A stretch of DNA of 64,000 bases from Ignavibacteriales bacterium (GCA_026390575.1 JAPLFR010000015.1:107101-171100), one strand, 5' to 3'; numbered from the stretch's first letter, positions 30,272 through 41,126 are shown. The notes: generated by a model from the letters alone, not told the origin. Numbers and translations are program-made.

Positions 30272-31627
30272 ATGGATATCAATATTCTTCATAATAAAAA
30301 AGTTTCTGTTATCGGCGCGGCGCGCAGTGGTGTCGCAGTAGCAACGTTGTTAAAATCGCATGGCGCTCTTGTATTTGTTAGCGATTCGTCTGTTGCAGAT
30401 AAACTCCAATCCTCGCTTCCCAATCTCCAACTAGAAAAAATTGAATATGAAGTTGGCAGGCACAGCGATCGTGTTTATGAATGTGAGTTGATGGTGGTCA
30501 GTCCCGGTGTACCCAGCAATGCGCCGGTAGTTCTTGAAGCACAAAAGCGAAAGATGAAGGTCGTTAGTGAACTTGAAGTTGGTAGTTGGTTTTGCCGGGC
30601 GCCTATTGTTGCAATCACCGGCAGTAATGGAAAAACAACAACCACAACATTAACGGGAAGGATACTGAGCGATGCAGCGAAAAAACATGTTGTTGCTGGT
30701 AACATTGGAACGGCATTCTCATCTGTCGTTTTGGACTTGGCTGAGACAGATGTTGCTATTCTGGAAGTGAGCAGTTTTCAATTAGACCATATTGATAAGT
30801 TCCGGCCAAAAGTTTCCGTCCTGCTCAACATTACGCCTGATCATATGGATCGATATGATCACTCGATGGAAAAATATGCTGCTTCGAAGGCACGTGTGTT
30901 CAAAAATCAGCGAGCCGATGATGTGCTTATCTATAATGTAGATGACGCTTGGACAACTAAGGTAGTTTTGAATGCACAGTGCCGTAAGCTTGGTTTTAGC
31001 GTGAATCAAAAGCTGCCCAAAGGAGCGTTCATTGAAAATGGCAAACTTGTCACGTCCTTTAGTGGCATGAGGACAGAAGTCATCGATGTCAACCAGATCT
31101 TTATCAAAGGCATGCACAATCTTTACAATGCGATGGCAGCAGTGCTTGTAGGACAACTGCTGAAGGTTGATGCACCATTGATTCAATCAACGTTAAAAAC
31201 ATTTGAAGGAGTAGAACACCGTCTTGAATTTGTTCGCAAACTCAACGATGTCAGTTACTACAACGATTCAAAAGCAACAAACGTCGATTCTGTATGGTTC
31301 GCTTTACAATCATTCAAAGAACCCATAGTGCTGTTCTTAGGCGGCCGCGATAAAGGAAATGATTATTCCAGATTAACAGAACTTGTACGCAAACAGGTAA
31401 AAACAATTGTCGCTATTGGCGAATCGGCAAACCTCGTCGAACAGGCGTTCAAAGGTGCGACAGTGATTAAAAAGGCGTCGTCGATGGAAGAAGCTGTTGA
31501 TATAGCACGCTTTCTTGCACAACCGGGAGATGTGGTTCTCCTTTCTCCAGCCTGTGCTTCGTTTGATTGGTTTAAGAACTACGAACATCGTGGTGAAGTA
31601 TTTAAACAATTGGTGAATAAGCTATGA
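30272..31627 (+). CDS. murD: UDP-N-acetylmuramoylalanine--D-glutamate ligase
   Basis: Mur ligase P-loop ITGSNGKTTTT and the N-terminal Rossmann fold of MurD. Confidence 0.9.
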   Translation: MDINILHNKKVSVIGAARSGVAVATLLKSHGALVFVSDSSVADKLQSSLPNLQLEKIEYEVGRHSDRVYECELMVVSPGVPSNAPVVLEAQKRKMKVVSELEVGSWFCRAPIVAITGSNGKTTTTTLTGRILSDAAKKHVVAGNIGTAFSSVVLDLAETDVAILEVSSFQLDHIDKFRPKVSVLLNITPDHMDRYDHSMEKYAASKARVFKNQRADDVLIYNVDDAWTTKVVLNAQCRKLGFSVNQKLPKGAFIENGKLVTSFSGMRTEVIDVNQIFIKGMHNLYNAMAAVLVGQLLKVDAPLIQSTLKTFEGVEHRLEFVRKLNDVSYYNDSKATNVDSVWFALQSFKEPIVLFLGGRDKGNDYSRLTELVRKQVKTIVAIGESANLVEQAFKGATVIKKASSMEEAVDIARFLAQPGDVVLLSPACASFDWFKNYEHRGEVFKQLVNKL

Positions 31628-31754
31628 TTTCATGGATGATACGGATTAAACGCAGATTACAGATTTCGCTGATAAAAAATCAACTAAATAAATATTTTGT
31701 TGTAAATCAGTGCAATCTGTCATCAGTGGAACATCTGCGTAATCAGAATAATCA

Positions 31755-32942
31755 ATGTTAAAAATACAACGCAATCATATTGACATCTGGCTTCTTATCG
31801 TCGTCCTTGGACTCATGGTCGCAAGTCTCGGAATAGTGTACAGCGCATCTGCGGAATGGTCGTTTAAACGATTCGACACGCAGAGTCATTACCTTGATCT
31901 GCACGCGATAAAAATTTTATTAAGTATTGCCGCCTTATTTGTGGGATTAAGTATTCCTTACACTATGTACAAAAAATTCACCAAGACAGCACTTGTTCTC
32001 GCAGTGCTATTCTTGGCAGTAACCTTTGTGCTCGGAGGTGAAACCAAAGGAGCTGTGCGCTGGCTGCGTTTTGGCGGATTAGGATTTCAGCCATCCGAGT
32101 TTGCAAAGTTTGCACTTCTCTTTCATATAAGCCTGCTCATGGCTACGAAAGGCGAACATATACGAGACTTTAATAAAGGATTTCTCCCTGTCATCATTTG
32201 GATTGGTGTTGTAACAGGATTGGTGTTAGCACAACCGAACCTGAGTACTGGCATAATGTTGTTTGCGTTAACGATCGTACTTTTATTTGTCGGGCATGTA
32301 AGGATGACACATCTTTTTGGAATGATCGTTGTTGCCGTCTGTTTGTTCGCGCTCTATGTGCTCTTTATGGCATATGTCCTGAAGCGTCCGTACCAGCTAG
32401 AACGTATTATGCACTTCGTGCGTGGAAATCCAAACGGACAGCATAATTATCAACTTTGGCAGGGCATCATCGGTTTTGGCAACGGCGGTTTGTTCGGCGT
32501 TGGCCCCGGCGAAAGCCGCCAACGGGATTTATTCCTGCCAGAATCGTACAACGATTTTGTGTATTCGATTGTTGGGGAAGAATATGGATTGCTCGGTACA
32601 CTCCTTGTGCTGGGTGCATTTCTATTTGTGATGCTGCGCGGCTTTAGGATTGCTAAACACGCGAAAGACGATTTTGCAAGATTCCTCGCAGTCGCTATTG
32701 CAAGTACGATTACGTTGTATGCATTGGTTAATGCAAGCGTGGCGCTGGGACTTCTTCCCACCACCGGCTTACCGATGCCGTTTATCAGTTATGGTGGTTC
32801 ATCTCTTATGCTGTCGGCATTCTCCATCGGTGTGCTGTTGAACATTTCCGCGCATACGGATTTACATCCGCGAGCAGTAAAAACAGAAAAAGAAACTATG
32901 GAAACGCTTGGATCAGAGACTGGACTCGGAAAAGTGTATTGA
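31755..32942 (+). CDS. ftsW: SEDS-family peptidoglycan polymerase FtsW
   Basis: 10-TM SEDS protein (…GFQPSEFAK…). Sits between murD and murG. Confidence 0.9.
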   Translation: MLKIQRNHIDIWLLIVVLGLMVASLGIVYSASAEWSFKRFDTQSHYLDLHAIKILLSIAALFVGLSIPYTMYKKFTKTALVLAVLFLAVTFVLGGETKGAVRWLRFGGLGFQPSEFAKFALLFHISLLMATKGEHIRDFNKGFLPVIIWIGVVTGLVLAQPNLSTGIMLFALTIVLLFVGHVRMTHLFGMIVVAVCLFALYVLFMAYVLKRPYQLERIMHFVRGNPNGQHNYQLWQGIIGFGNGGLFGVGPGESRQRDLFLPESYNDFVYSIVGEEYGLLGTLLVLGAFLFVMLRGFRIAKHAKDDFARFLAVAIASTITLYALVNASVALGLLPTTGLPMPFISYGGSSLMLSAFSIGVLLNISAHTDLHPRAVKTEKETMETLGSETGLGKVY

Positions 32943-32945
32943 CGC

Positions 32946-34040
32946 GTGTCGAACGAGCGACTAAAAATTCTCATAGCGGCTGGTGGAACCGGCGGGCATG
33001 TATTTCCGGCAATTGCTATCGCAGATGAAATAAAAAAGCTGAGAACACATGCAGAAATTATATTTATTGGTACAAAAGAAAAAATTGAATCGCGCGTTGT
33101 TCCTCAACGAGGATATCCGCTTGAGTTTATTTGGATCAGCGGATTTCACCGCAGTGTGCGGATGGATAATTTTCTGTTTCCAATAAAAGTTGTTGTATCG
33201 CTTGTGCAGTCGTTCTTTCTCATGAAGCGGTTTCAGCCGGATATTGTCATTGGAACCGGCGGGTATGTATGCGGGCCCGTGTTGTATGCTGCGTCGCTGC
33301 TTGGAATTCCAACGGTTGTTCATGAATCGAACAGCTATCCGGGAATAACAACGCGGATGCTGTCAACAAGAGCAACGAGAATCTTTACGGCATTTGATGC
33401 TACGGCTCGCTGGTTAAAGCGGAAGGACAATATCGAATTGGCAGGCACACCGACACGGGATGTACTCGGAACTGTATCGCGTGAAGATGGAATAAGGTTT
33501 TTCAATCTTGATCCATTGAAAAAGACGATGTTTGTGTTCGGCGGAAGTCTCGGTGCAACATCCATCAATCAGGCAGTAAAATTATTGGTGAATGATGTTG
33601 CTGATTTCAATATTCAATTGATCTGGCAAACGGGCAGCACTGATGCGACATTGGCAAAGGAAATGGCAGCGAGGAAGAATTGCTGGGTGAATACATTCAT
33701 TGATAAAATGGAATATGCATACGCGGCTGCTGATGTGGTTGTGTGCCGTGCCGGTGCAACCACACTTGCGGAATTAACTCGGCTTGGCAAAGCATCGGTA
33801 TTAATTCCGTATCCGCATGCCGCCGCTGATCATCAGACATTCAATGCGCAGACATTGGTAGATGCCGGCGCGGCCGTGATGATCGCAGATCGAGATGTAA
33901 AGATGAAATTAAAAGATGTTTTGAATTCTATAATGAACGATGATAAGAAACGCCTGCAGATGAACGAAGCAAGCCGCGCGATCGGAAAACCGAATGCCGG
34001 CAGAGAAATTGCCCAGCGAATTCTTGAACTGGCAAAGTAA
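32946..34040 (+). CDS. murG: Undecaprenyldiphospho-muramoylpentapeptide beta-N-acetylglucosaminyltransferase (GTG start)
   Basis: GT28 N-terminal motif AAGGTGGHVFPA. Confidence 0.9.
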   Translation: MSNERLKILIAAGGTGGHVFPAIAIADEIKKLRTHAEIIFIGTKEKIESRVVPQRGYPLEFIWISGFHRSVRMDNFLFPIKVVVSLVQSFFLMKRFQPDIVIGTGGYVCGPVLYAASLLGIPTVVHESNSYPGITTRMLSTRATRIFTAFDATARWLKRKDNIELAGTPTRDVLGTVSREDGIRFFNLDPLKKTMFVFGGSLGATSINQAVKLLVNDVADFNIQLIWQTGSTDATLAKEMAARKNCWVNTFIDKMEYAYAAADVVVCRAGATTLAELTRLGKASVLIPYPHAAADHQTFNAQTLVDAGAAVMIADRDVKMKLKDVLNSIMNDDKKRLQMNEASRAIGKPNAGREIAQRILELAK

Positions 34041-34076
34041 GTGTGTGTGTAGAAATATTTCATGAAAGAGTATTAG

Positions 34077-35459
34077 ATGTTTAGTTCAATAAAGAAATTA
34101 CATTTTATCGGGATTGGCGGCATCGGTATGAGCGGCATTGCAGAAATATTGCTCGACCAAGGATTCAAAGTCAGCGGATCTGACCGATCTCTGTCCGAAG
34201 TCACCGAACGCCTCCAAAGTCTCGGTGCTATCACCTTTGAAGGACATCGTGCAAGCAACATTGCGAACGATGTGGATACAGTTGTGTATTCATCCGCTGT
34301 TCAACCGGATAACCCGGAAATTCTTGAGGCGCAGAGGCGAAAGATTCCTGTTGTGCGAAGAGCAGAAATGCTTGCAGAAGTCATGCGTTTGAAATACGGT
34401 ATAGGCATTGCTGGTACACACGGAAAAACTACAACAACATCGATGACAAGTCTCGTTCTCATGGAAGGCGGACTTGATCCGACTGTTATCGTCGGTGGAA
34501 AACTCAGCGGACTCGGCGGAACGAATGCACGGCTTGGACGCGGAGAATTTATTGTCGTAGAAGCGGATGAGTATGATCGGTCATTTTTATCTATCTCGCC
34601 GACTATTGCTGTACTGACAACGCTCGAGACCGACCATCTTGATTGCTATCGAGATTTGGAAGACATCAAAAGCGCGTTTATTCAATTCGGCAATAAAATA
34701 CCGTTCTACGGATTCATTGTTCTATGCCTTGATGAGCCGGCGCTTTTGGATATCATGCCAAATCTCAGCAAGAAAAAAATTATAACATACGGTCTCAATC
34801 CGCAAGCAGATGTACAAGCAGTTGATATCCATCATAAAGATAATACCACAACGTTCACACTTCTACGCAGTAATAACGAACTCGGTTTGATCACGCTTCA
34901 AGTGCCGGGCAAGCATAACGTGCAGAATTCACTTGGTGCAATTGCCGTCGGACTGGAGCTTGGTGTTCCATTTGAAAAAATTAAATCAGGCATTGAAAAG
35001 TTTTCCGGTGTTTATCGCAGATGGGAAAAGAAAGGCGAACGCAATGGCATTGCAGTCTATGACGACTATGCACATCATCCAACCGAGTGCAGGGCTACAC
35101 TTTCCGGTGTAAAAGCCGGCTGGCGCCGCCGTGTCGTGTGTGTCTTTCAACCGCACCTCTACAGCCGCACGCGTGATTTCTATGAAGACTTTGGCAAGTC
35201 GTTTCTCTTGTCCGATGTGCTCGTTGTGACGGATGTCTATCCGGCACGTGAAGAACCGATTCAAGGCGTGAGCGGCGAGTTAATTGTGAATGCGGCACAG
35301 CAGTTTGGTCACAAGGATGTTCATTACGTGCCAGATAAAAAACAGGTTCCTGCATTTCTCAAAACCATTGTCAAGTCTGGTGATATTGTTATTACGATGG
35401 GCGCGGGCGATATCTGGAAATACGGTGAAGAATTCTTAAAACTATTTTCAAATAAATGA
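34077..35459 (+). CDS. murC: UDP-N-acetylmuramate--L-alanine ligase
   Basis: FIGIGGIGMSG N-terminus and P-loop GTHGKTTTT. Confidence 0.9.
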   Translation: MFSSIKKLHFIGIGGIGMSGIAEILLDQGFKVSGSDRSLSEVTERLQSLGAITFEGHRASNIANDVDTVVYSSAVQPDNPEILEAQRRKIPVVRRAEMLAEVMRLKYGIGIAGTHGKTTTTSMTSLVLMEGGLDPTVIVGGKLSGLGGTNARLGRGEFIVVEADEYDRSFLSISPTIAVLTTLETDHLDCYRDLEDIKSAFIQFGNKIPFYGFIVLCLDEPALLDIMPNLSKKKIITYGLNPQADVQAVDIHHKDNTTTFTLLRSNNELGLITLQVPGKHNVQNSLGAIAVGLELGVPFEKIKSGIEKFSGVYRRWEKKGERNGIAVYDDYAHHPTECRATLSGVKAGWRRRVVCVFQPHLYSRTRDFYEDFGKSFLLSDVLVVTDVYPAREEPIQGVSGELIVNAAQQFGHKDVHYVPDKKQVPAFLKTIVKSGDIVITMGAGDIWKYGEEFLKLFSNK

Positions 35460-36370
35460 TTTCTCTAACGGACATACAGAAATTTCTTCGCGGGAACATT
35501 GCTGTCGATGTGCCAATGACAAAGTACACGTGGATGAAAGTCGGAGGGCCTGCGGATTTCTATATCGAACCAGCGGACAAGAATGATTTGATTTCCATTG
35601 TCGAGTATTTCCGTGTGAATCACTATTCCTGGATAATGCTTGGACGCGGCAGCAACGTGCTCATCAGCGATGAGGGAGTTCGCGGGGCTGTCCTCAATAT
35701 TGAAAATTCGCTTTCAGGCATCCGCATGGAAAATAGTTTGGTGTTCGCTGAGGCTGGCGTGCGGTTGACCAGGTTTGTAGATTTCTGTATCCAAAACGAA
35801 CTTGCCGGCGTAGAAATGCTTGCCGGAATTCCAGGCACGATCGGCGGAGCAGTAGTAATGAATGCTGGTGCGCACGGTGGAGAAATTGCAGACCATCTCG
35901 TGGAAGTAGAAGTTATTCGTGACGGCATTGTTCAGCGAATTCAAAAAGACGAAGAATCTTTTACCTATCGACACTCTCGTTTTGCCGATGATGTTGTATT
36001 GGGTGCAACGTTCAAATTAAAGGATGGGGATAAAGAAAAACTTTCAGCACTACGACGCGAGTTCATTTTAAAGCGCAACGAAACACAGCCGTTGGAGTAT
36101 CCAAATCTCGGCAGCATGTTTAAGAATCCGCCGAATACATTTGCTGCAAAGTTGATCGAGCAAGCCGGACTCAAAGGTAAACGCGTAGGCAATGCACAGA
36201 TTTCAGAAAAACATGCCAACTTCATTGTCAATCTAGGTAATGCAAAAGCGGCAGACATAGTGAGACTGATCGATTTAGTAAAACGCACGGTATATCAAAA
36301 TTCTGGTTTGATGTTGGAATTAGAAGTAAAGATGGTGGGGTTTTCGAATTTCGCAAAGGAAGCCGCATGA
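35456..36370 (+). CDS. murB: UDP-N-acetylenolpyruvoylglucosamine reductase
   Basis: FAD-binding PCMH-type domain (…GRGSNVL…). Overlaps the murC stop. Confidence 0.9.
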   Translation: MISLTDIQKFLRGNIAVDVPMTKYTWMKVGGPADFYIEPADKNDLISIVEYFRVNHYSWIMLGRGSNVLISDEGVRGAVLNIENSLSGIRMENSLVFAEAGVRLTRFVDFCIQNELAGVEMLAGIPGTIGGAVVMNAGAHGGEIADHLVEVEVIRDGIVQRIQKDEESFTYRHSRFADDVVLGATFKLKDGDKEKLSALRREFILKRNETQPLEYPNLGSMFKNPPNTFAAKLIEQAGLKGKRVGNAQISEKHANFIVNLGNAKAADIVRLIDLVKRTVYQNSGLMLELEVKMVGFSNFAKEAA

Positions 36371-37128
36371 GCGGAATAAAACATAAAATTGCCGGCGTGT
36401 CAGTGCTCGTCACCATTGTGATTTGTCTTGTATTCGGTGCGAACGCTTGGAAATCAAGTCTGAAAATAAAACAGATTAAGGTCGATGGCAACCGAATTGT
36501 CGGAGCAAATGAGATTCTTCAACTCACCCAAGTTCAGATGAACACGCTTCTGTATAATGTTGACTTAACGGCAGTTCAGCGGAATGTGATGAGTCATCAC
36601 TATATAAAAGATGCACTAGTGGAACGCAACCTGCCTAATTCCATCCATATTCAAGTTCTGGAACGTGTTCCGATCGCAATCGTGAACCGCGCTGAAACAA
36701 TGTATTTGGATGAAAATGGCGTGGTGCTTCCAAGAAGTATTTCGCACAGATTATTTGATCTGCCAATGATCAGCGGAATTTCGGCCAGCGAACCGATGGT
36801 CTTAGGTTCAATCATCAAACAGCCGGATGTTATTGAAGCATTGCAGCTGCTGAGCACGATGAAGACAGTGAATCGTCCGATGTATCATAATATCTCAGAA
36901 GTGCAATTGCGGAATGGGGGCGATATTGTCGTTTATTCGGCAGAAGGCGGCGTGCCTATCATCTTCGGGCGCGATGAAATGCCCAGTAAATTAGTACGGT
37001 TAGAAACTTTTTGGAACACTATAGTGCGTACACGCGGTACACAATTGCTGCAGTATGTAGATTTACGCTATCAAGATCAAGTTGTAGCAAGTTGGAAATC
37101 CGAACCATCGGCGACGAAAAGCCTATAG
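36367..37128 (+). CDS. ftsQ: Cell division protein FtsQ (POTRA domain)
   Basis: Single N-terminal TM segment followed by POTRA-like and beta domains. Sits between murB and ftsA. Confidence 0.75.
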   Translation: MSGIKHKIAGVSVLVTIVICLVFGANAWKSSLKIKQIKVDGNRIVGANEILQLTQVQMNTLLYNVDLTAVQRNVMSHHYIKDALVERNLPNSIHIQVLERVPIAIVNRAETMYLDENGVVLPRSISHRLFDLPMISGISASEPMVLGSIIKQPDVIEALQLLSTMKTVNRPMYHNISEVQLRNGGDIVVYSAEGGVPIIFGRDEMPSKLVRLETFWNTIVRTRGTQLLQYVDLRYQDQVVASWKSEPSATKSL

Positions 37129-37172
37129 CGGCAAAGCTCTGATGGAAGAACTATTGACTATAAGGAAGTAGC

Positions 37173-38411
37173 ATGGAACAAGATATTGCAGTTGGGTTAG
37201 ATATTGGCACAACGAAAGTATGCGCAATCGTCGCGTCGCCGGATGATAATTATCCCGGTAAATTGAAAATTCTCGGCATCGGAAAAAGCGCATCGGAAGG
37301 ATTGACGCGTGGCGTTGTAACGAACATTGAAAAAACTGTTCGCTCTATTCAAGCAGCGGTGCAAGATGCCGAGCAGCAATCCGGTGTAAAGATCACAACC
37401 GTTACGGTTGGCATCGCAGGTGACCACATCCAAAGCTTTCAAAGCCGCGGTGTCATCAGTATCAGCAGGCCGGAAAATGAAATCACACAGGAAGATGTTG
37501 ATCGGCTGATTGAAGACACCAAACGTGTCGCGCTCCCGCTCGACAGAAAAATTATTCACGTTATTCCGCAACAGTTTATTGTTGATGGACAGGATGGAAT
37601 TTATGATCCAGTTGGTATGTCCGGCGTGCGGATGGAAGCAGTTGTCCATATTATCACCGGACTTGTCACAGCGGCGCAAAACATTTATAAATGTGTTCAA
37701 CGCGCCGGTCTGCATGTTAATGATATGGTGCTTGAACCGCTTGCATCAAGTTATGCGGTATTGGATGATGAAGAAAAAGAAGTTGGTGTGGCGCTGCTGG
37801 ATATTGGCGGCGGCACGACGGATCTTGCAGTATTTGAAGAGCGCACGATTCGCCATACCGCTGTCATCGGTATTGCCGGCAAAAAAGTAACAGACGATAT
37901 TCGCAAAGGATTCGGCATTTTGACAGATCAAGCAGAAAGAACGAAAGTTGAATACGGTTTCACATATGAACCGGCAATTGTGGATAACCAGCCGATTCAA
38001 CTTCCCGGCATCGGCGGCCGCGCGCCCATAGATATTGACAAACGGCTTCTATGCAAAGTAATACAACCGCGGATGGAAGAGATTCTAGAATTTGCCGCGA
38101 TGGAAATCAAGCGCTCTGGATATTCCAAGCATCTCTCGGCTGGCGTCGTCCTTACAGGCGGCGGATCGCTTATCAAAGGAACAGCTGATCTTGCCAAAGA
38201 AGTACTGGGCATGCCCGTAAAGATTGGAATTCCTGGCGGGTTCAGCTCCGGACTCGTGCGGGAAATTGAAAATCCTATTTATGCAACCGGGGTTGGATTA
38301 GTAATGCACGAATTGAAAAACCGGGACCGATCAGGAGTAAAAGCTGTTATTCAGGATGGAAAAGGAAAAACAATTTTCCAAAAAATGAAATCATGGTTTG
38401 ATGAGTTGTAA
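37173..38411 (+). CDS. ftsA: Cell division protein FtsA
   Basis: Actin-fold ATPase (…GLDIGTTKVCAIV…, …LLDIGGGTTDLAVF…). Confidence 0.9.
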   Translation: MEQDIAVGLDIGTTKVCAIVASPDDNYPGKLKILGIGKSASEGLTRGVVTNIEKTVRSIQAAVQDAEQQSGVKITTVTVGIAGDHIQSFQSRGVISISRPENEITQEDVDRLIEDTKRVALPLDRKIIHVIPQQFIVDGQDGIYDPVGMSGVRMEAVVHIITGLVTAAQNIYKCVQRAGLHVNDMVLEPLASSYAVLDDEEKEVGVALLDIGGGTTDLAVFEERTIRHTAVIGIAGKKVTDDIRKGFGILTDQAERTKVEYGFTYEPAIVDNQPIQLPGIGGRAPIDIDKRLLCKVIQPRMEEILEFAAMEIKRSGYSKHLSAGVVLTGGGSLIKGTADLAKEVLGMPVKIGIPGGFSSGLVREIENPIYATGVGLVMHELKNRDRSGVKAVIQDGKGKTIFQKMKSWFDEL

Positions 38412-38460
38412 ACGAGACAGCAGAAGAACAGATTACAGATGACAGAAAAAAGATAGAACC

Positions 38461-38817
38461 ATGCATAATTTTAGAAAATTACATGTATATCAAAAAGGAT
38501 TATTGTTAAGTATGGATGTTAGAAAAGTGACAAATGATTTTCCAAAGAGAGAATTATTCTCGCTGACGTCTCAATTCCAAAGAGCTGTAGATTCAATTGT
38601 GCTTAATATTGCAGAGGGTGCAGGTAATCGATCGAACAAGGAATTCGCTAAGTTCTTAGATTATGCAATCCGTTCTGCTCATGAGTGTATTGGATGCATT
38701 GATATTGCTTTAGAAAATAAATATACAACTGAACAACAACATAAATATCTATTTGAACAAATTGATGAAATCATTGCAATGCTTATTGGCTTTCAACGAA
38801 CAATTATTAAAGATTAA
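38461..38817 (+). CDS. Four-helix-bundle protein (23S rRNA intervening-sequence protein family)
   Basis: 118 aa with KLHVYQKG…LNIAEGAG…EFAKFL motifs. Low GC. Inserted between ftsA and ftsZ. Confidence 0.8.
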   Translation: MHNFRKLHVYQKGLLLSMDVRKVTNDFPKRELFSLTSQFQRAVDSIVLNIAEGAGNRSNKEFAKFLDYAIRSAHECIGCIDIALENKYTTEQQHKYLFEQIDEIIAMLIGFQRTIIKD

Positions 38818-38912
38818 GTTTCAGTCTGCATTCTGTAGTCTGCCGACTGTGTAATGAAATAGAATTAGTAATTACTAACAAACAACAAACTAACTTAAAA
38901 GGAGAATATACC

Positions 38913-40085
38913 GTGCCTATCGAACTTGATATACCATCTGGTCGAGGAGCAAAAATTCGTGTCATTGGCGTTGGCGGAGGAGGCGGTAATGCCGTCAATA
39001 GCATGATCGACAAAGGACTAACCGGCGTCGACTTTGTTTCCATTAATACAGATCTTCAAGCATTGGAGCGCAGCAAAGCCGAGCACAAACTTCAAATCGG
39101 CAAAAATCTCACACGCGGTCTTGGTGCAGGCTCTGACCCCAGCATCGGATTCCGTGCCGTGGAAGAGGACCGAGAAGAGATCGCCCAATCGCTAAGCGGG
39201 TGCGATATGGTTTTCATCACAGCAGGAATGGGCGGTGGTACTGGAACAGGCGGCGCTCCGTTGGTGGCAAACATTGCAAAAAGCGTTGGTGCGCTTGTGG
39301 TTGGCATTGTAACGAAACCGTTTAATAGTGAAGGAAAAAAGCGGAATGAACAAGCTATAGAAGGAATTGAAGAGCTGAAAAAGAATGTCGATACACTTAT
39401 CGTCATTCCAAACCAGAAGCTACTCGATCTCATTGATCGCCGCACTCCAATTATGGAAGCGTTTGAGATTGCAAATCAGGTGCTCTATAATGCCACCCGT
39501 GGAATCTCGGAGGTCATCACGATTCCTGGTTATATCAATGTCGACTTCGCTGATGTCCGCACGATCATGAAAGAAATGGGCGATGCGCTCATGGGTACCG
39601 GAATTGCTACTGGTGATAATCGTGCAACGGAAGCGGCGCAAATGGCAATTTCTAGTCCGCTGCTTGAAGGTGTCTCTATCGCCGGTGCGCAGGGCATTCT
39701 TATCAACATCACAGGCGGCAAGGAACTCAGTCTGACCGAAGTGGATGAAGCGACAAAAATCATTCACGAAGCGGCAGGCGAAGAAGCGAATGTCATCCTC
39801 GGTACTGTGATCGATGAGAATATGACGGAAGAAATTATGGTCACCGTCATCGCGACGGGATTCAACAAGCGCGCGGCGGCAATACAACGGCCAGCAAAAC
39901 CAGCTGCAAAATTAATCGATCATGTCCCCGTAGGTCCAACCGAACTTCAACGGTTCGACGTGCCAACCTATGCCCGGCGCGGCGTGGAAATTCCAAATAC
40001 ACCGCTCCGCGAAGTTGGAATGCGCGAGAAAATTGATAAATCCGATTCAGAACGTCCGGCGTTTCTGAGAAAAATTATGGATTAA
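38913..40085 (+). CDS. ftsZ: Cell division protein FtsZ (GTG start, RBS AAGGAG)
   Basis: Tubulin signature GGGTGTG ([12 protein letters not shown]), …[13 protein letters not shown]…, and a C-terminal conserved tail. Confidence 0.95.
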   Translation: MPIELDIPSGRGAKIRVIGVGGGGGNAVNSMIDKGLTGVDFVSINTDLQALERSKAEHKLQIGKNLTRGLGAGSDPSIGFRAVEEDREEIAQSLSGCDMVFITAGMGGGTGTGGAPLVANIAKSVGALVVGIVTKPFNSEGKKRNEQAIEGIEELKKNVDTLIVIPNQKLLDLIDRRTPIMEAFEIANQVLYNATRGISEVITIPGYINVDFADVRTIMKEMGDALMGTGIATGDNRATEAAQMAISSPLLEGVSIAGAQGILINITGGKELSLTEVDEATKIIHEAAGEEANVILGTVIDENMTEEIMVTVIATGFNKRAAAIQRPAKPAAKLIDHVPVGPTELQRFDVPTYARRGVEIPNTPLREVGMREKIDKSDSERPAFLRKIMD

Positions 40086-40194
40086 AAATACAATCGTACC
40101 ATATTAAAAAAATGAGTTTCCGTCCATTCTCTCTTGCACGGTGGGAATGAAGGATGGTTCACATATCTCCGGTCTTCCAGTTCCGGGTCGTTAT

Positions 40195-40216
40195 CTCCGG
40201 GAGGCCGGAGTTTTTT
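40195..40216 (+). terminator. Rho-independent terminator after ftsZ (ctccgg-gagg-ccggag + T6)
   Basis: 6-bp GC stems with a 4-nt loop, followed by TTTTTT. Confidence 0.6.
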
Positions 40217-40431
40217 ATTATGGTAACATCTTTTTCAAACTCTAGACAAGTCTCAACAAAAAACATTAATATTTTTTCTGAGCAATGGAAATATATAAAC
40301 AAAAACGGAGAATCCTGTAAAGAACTCTCCGTTTTGTTATTTAGGAGGCCGCTGTTTATTTGCGGGTGCGGTGAACCCATAAAAATGTATCTTGGATTAT
40401 TCGAAAATCAGTTCAAAGATTTTTTTCCGAA

Positions 40432-40890
40432 TTATTTTTCGTTATTTTCCTTCAAGGAACGATAGTTTAATGAGTATTCATTGAGCTTTACCGCCCTCTC
40501 AGCAACTGCGCTGAAAAATGCATCCGTGGTCTTATAATGACATGTAGCCTCTTCTTTGAAGAAAGCCGTGTTAGCAAACACTGCTTTCGCTAATGATGCT
40601 CTATATTGAATTGTCGGTGTTGCAGCATGCGCTGCAATAGTATCAATTCTATTTTGGATCATCGGAAATTTGTCCGCAGGAAGATCCAGTTGTATCATCG
40701 TAACAGTAGCAAGAGCGTTTTCAATATAATGGTTGTTCTGAGATTTTAAAAGGGACGCATACGCGAGATCCAGTTGTTCTTTCGCTTCAGCAGAATATCC
40801 TTTGAGAGCAGGATAAAAGGTTTGCGCCTGTGAAAGACCGGTTATTACAACTATCATCAGTGCAGCCAATATCATTTGTTTCTTGTTCAT
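40432..40890 (-). CDS. Hypothetical secreted helical protein (TPR-like?)
   Basis: Signal peptide MNKKQMILAALMIVVITGLSQAQ (start ATG 40890, RBS GGAGGA). Helical repeats. Confidence 0.55.
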   Translation of the reverse strand: MNKKQMILAALMIVVITGLSQAQTFYPALKGYSAEAKEQLDLAYASLLKSQNNHYIENALATVTMIQLDLPADKFPMIQNRIDTIAAHAATPTIQYRASLAKAVFANTAFFKEEATCHYKTTDAFFSAVAERAVKLNEYSLNYRSLKENNEK

Positions 40891-41100
40891 AACATCCTCC
40901 TGTAAAAGTGTGGGTTTATAATTCGTCGACTGGTACTTAATACGCCCACGATACGCTAAAGATGTCACCGTTCGGTCAGGAATTGTAAATTATTGTCATG
41001 GAATGAGTCTCTCTACTTCCAAGTTGTTATCTCCGGGAGACCGGAGTATTTTTTGATTCTAAAAATATTTTTTGGTTGACTATTGATTTTTTGAAACTTC

Positions 41101-41118
41101 TATCGTATTATTACGATA
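41101..41118. promoter_or_regulatory. Palindrome tatcgta-ttat-tacgata 9 bp upstream of arsR-1: candidate operator
   Basis: 7-bp perfect inverted arms seen directly. Lies between a TTGACT/TTGAAA-like -35 region and the ATG at 41127. Confidence 0.4.
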
Positions 41119-41126
41119 TAAGAACT

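Noticed and set aside
37197-37715. 172-aa minus-strand ORF
   Set aside because: Antisense inside ftsA. It has no motifs, and ftsA is unambiguous.
39420-39887. 155-aa minus-strand ORF
   Set aside because: Antisense inside ftsZ, which has the tubulin signature present.
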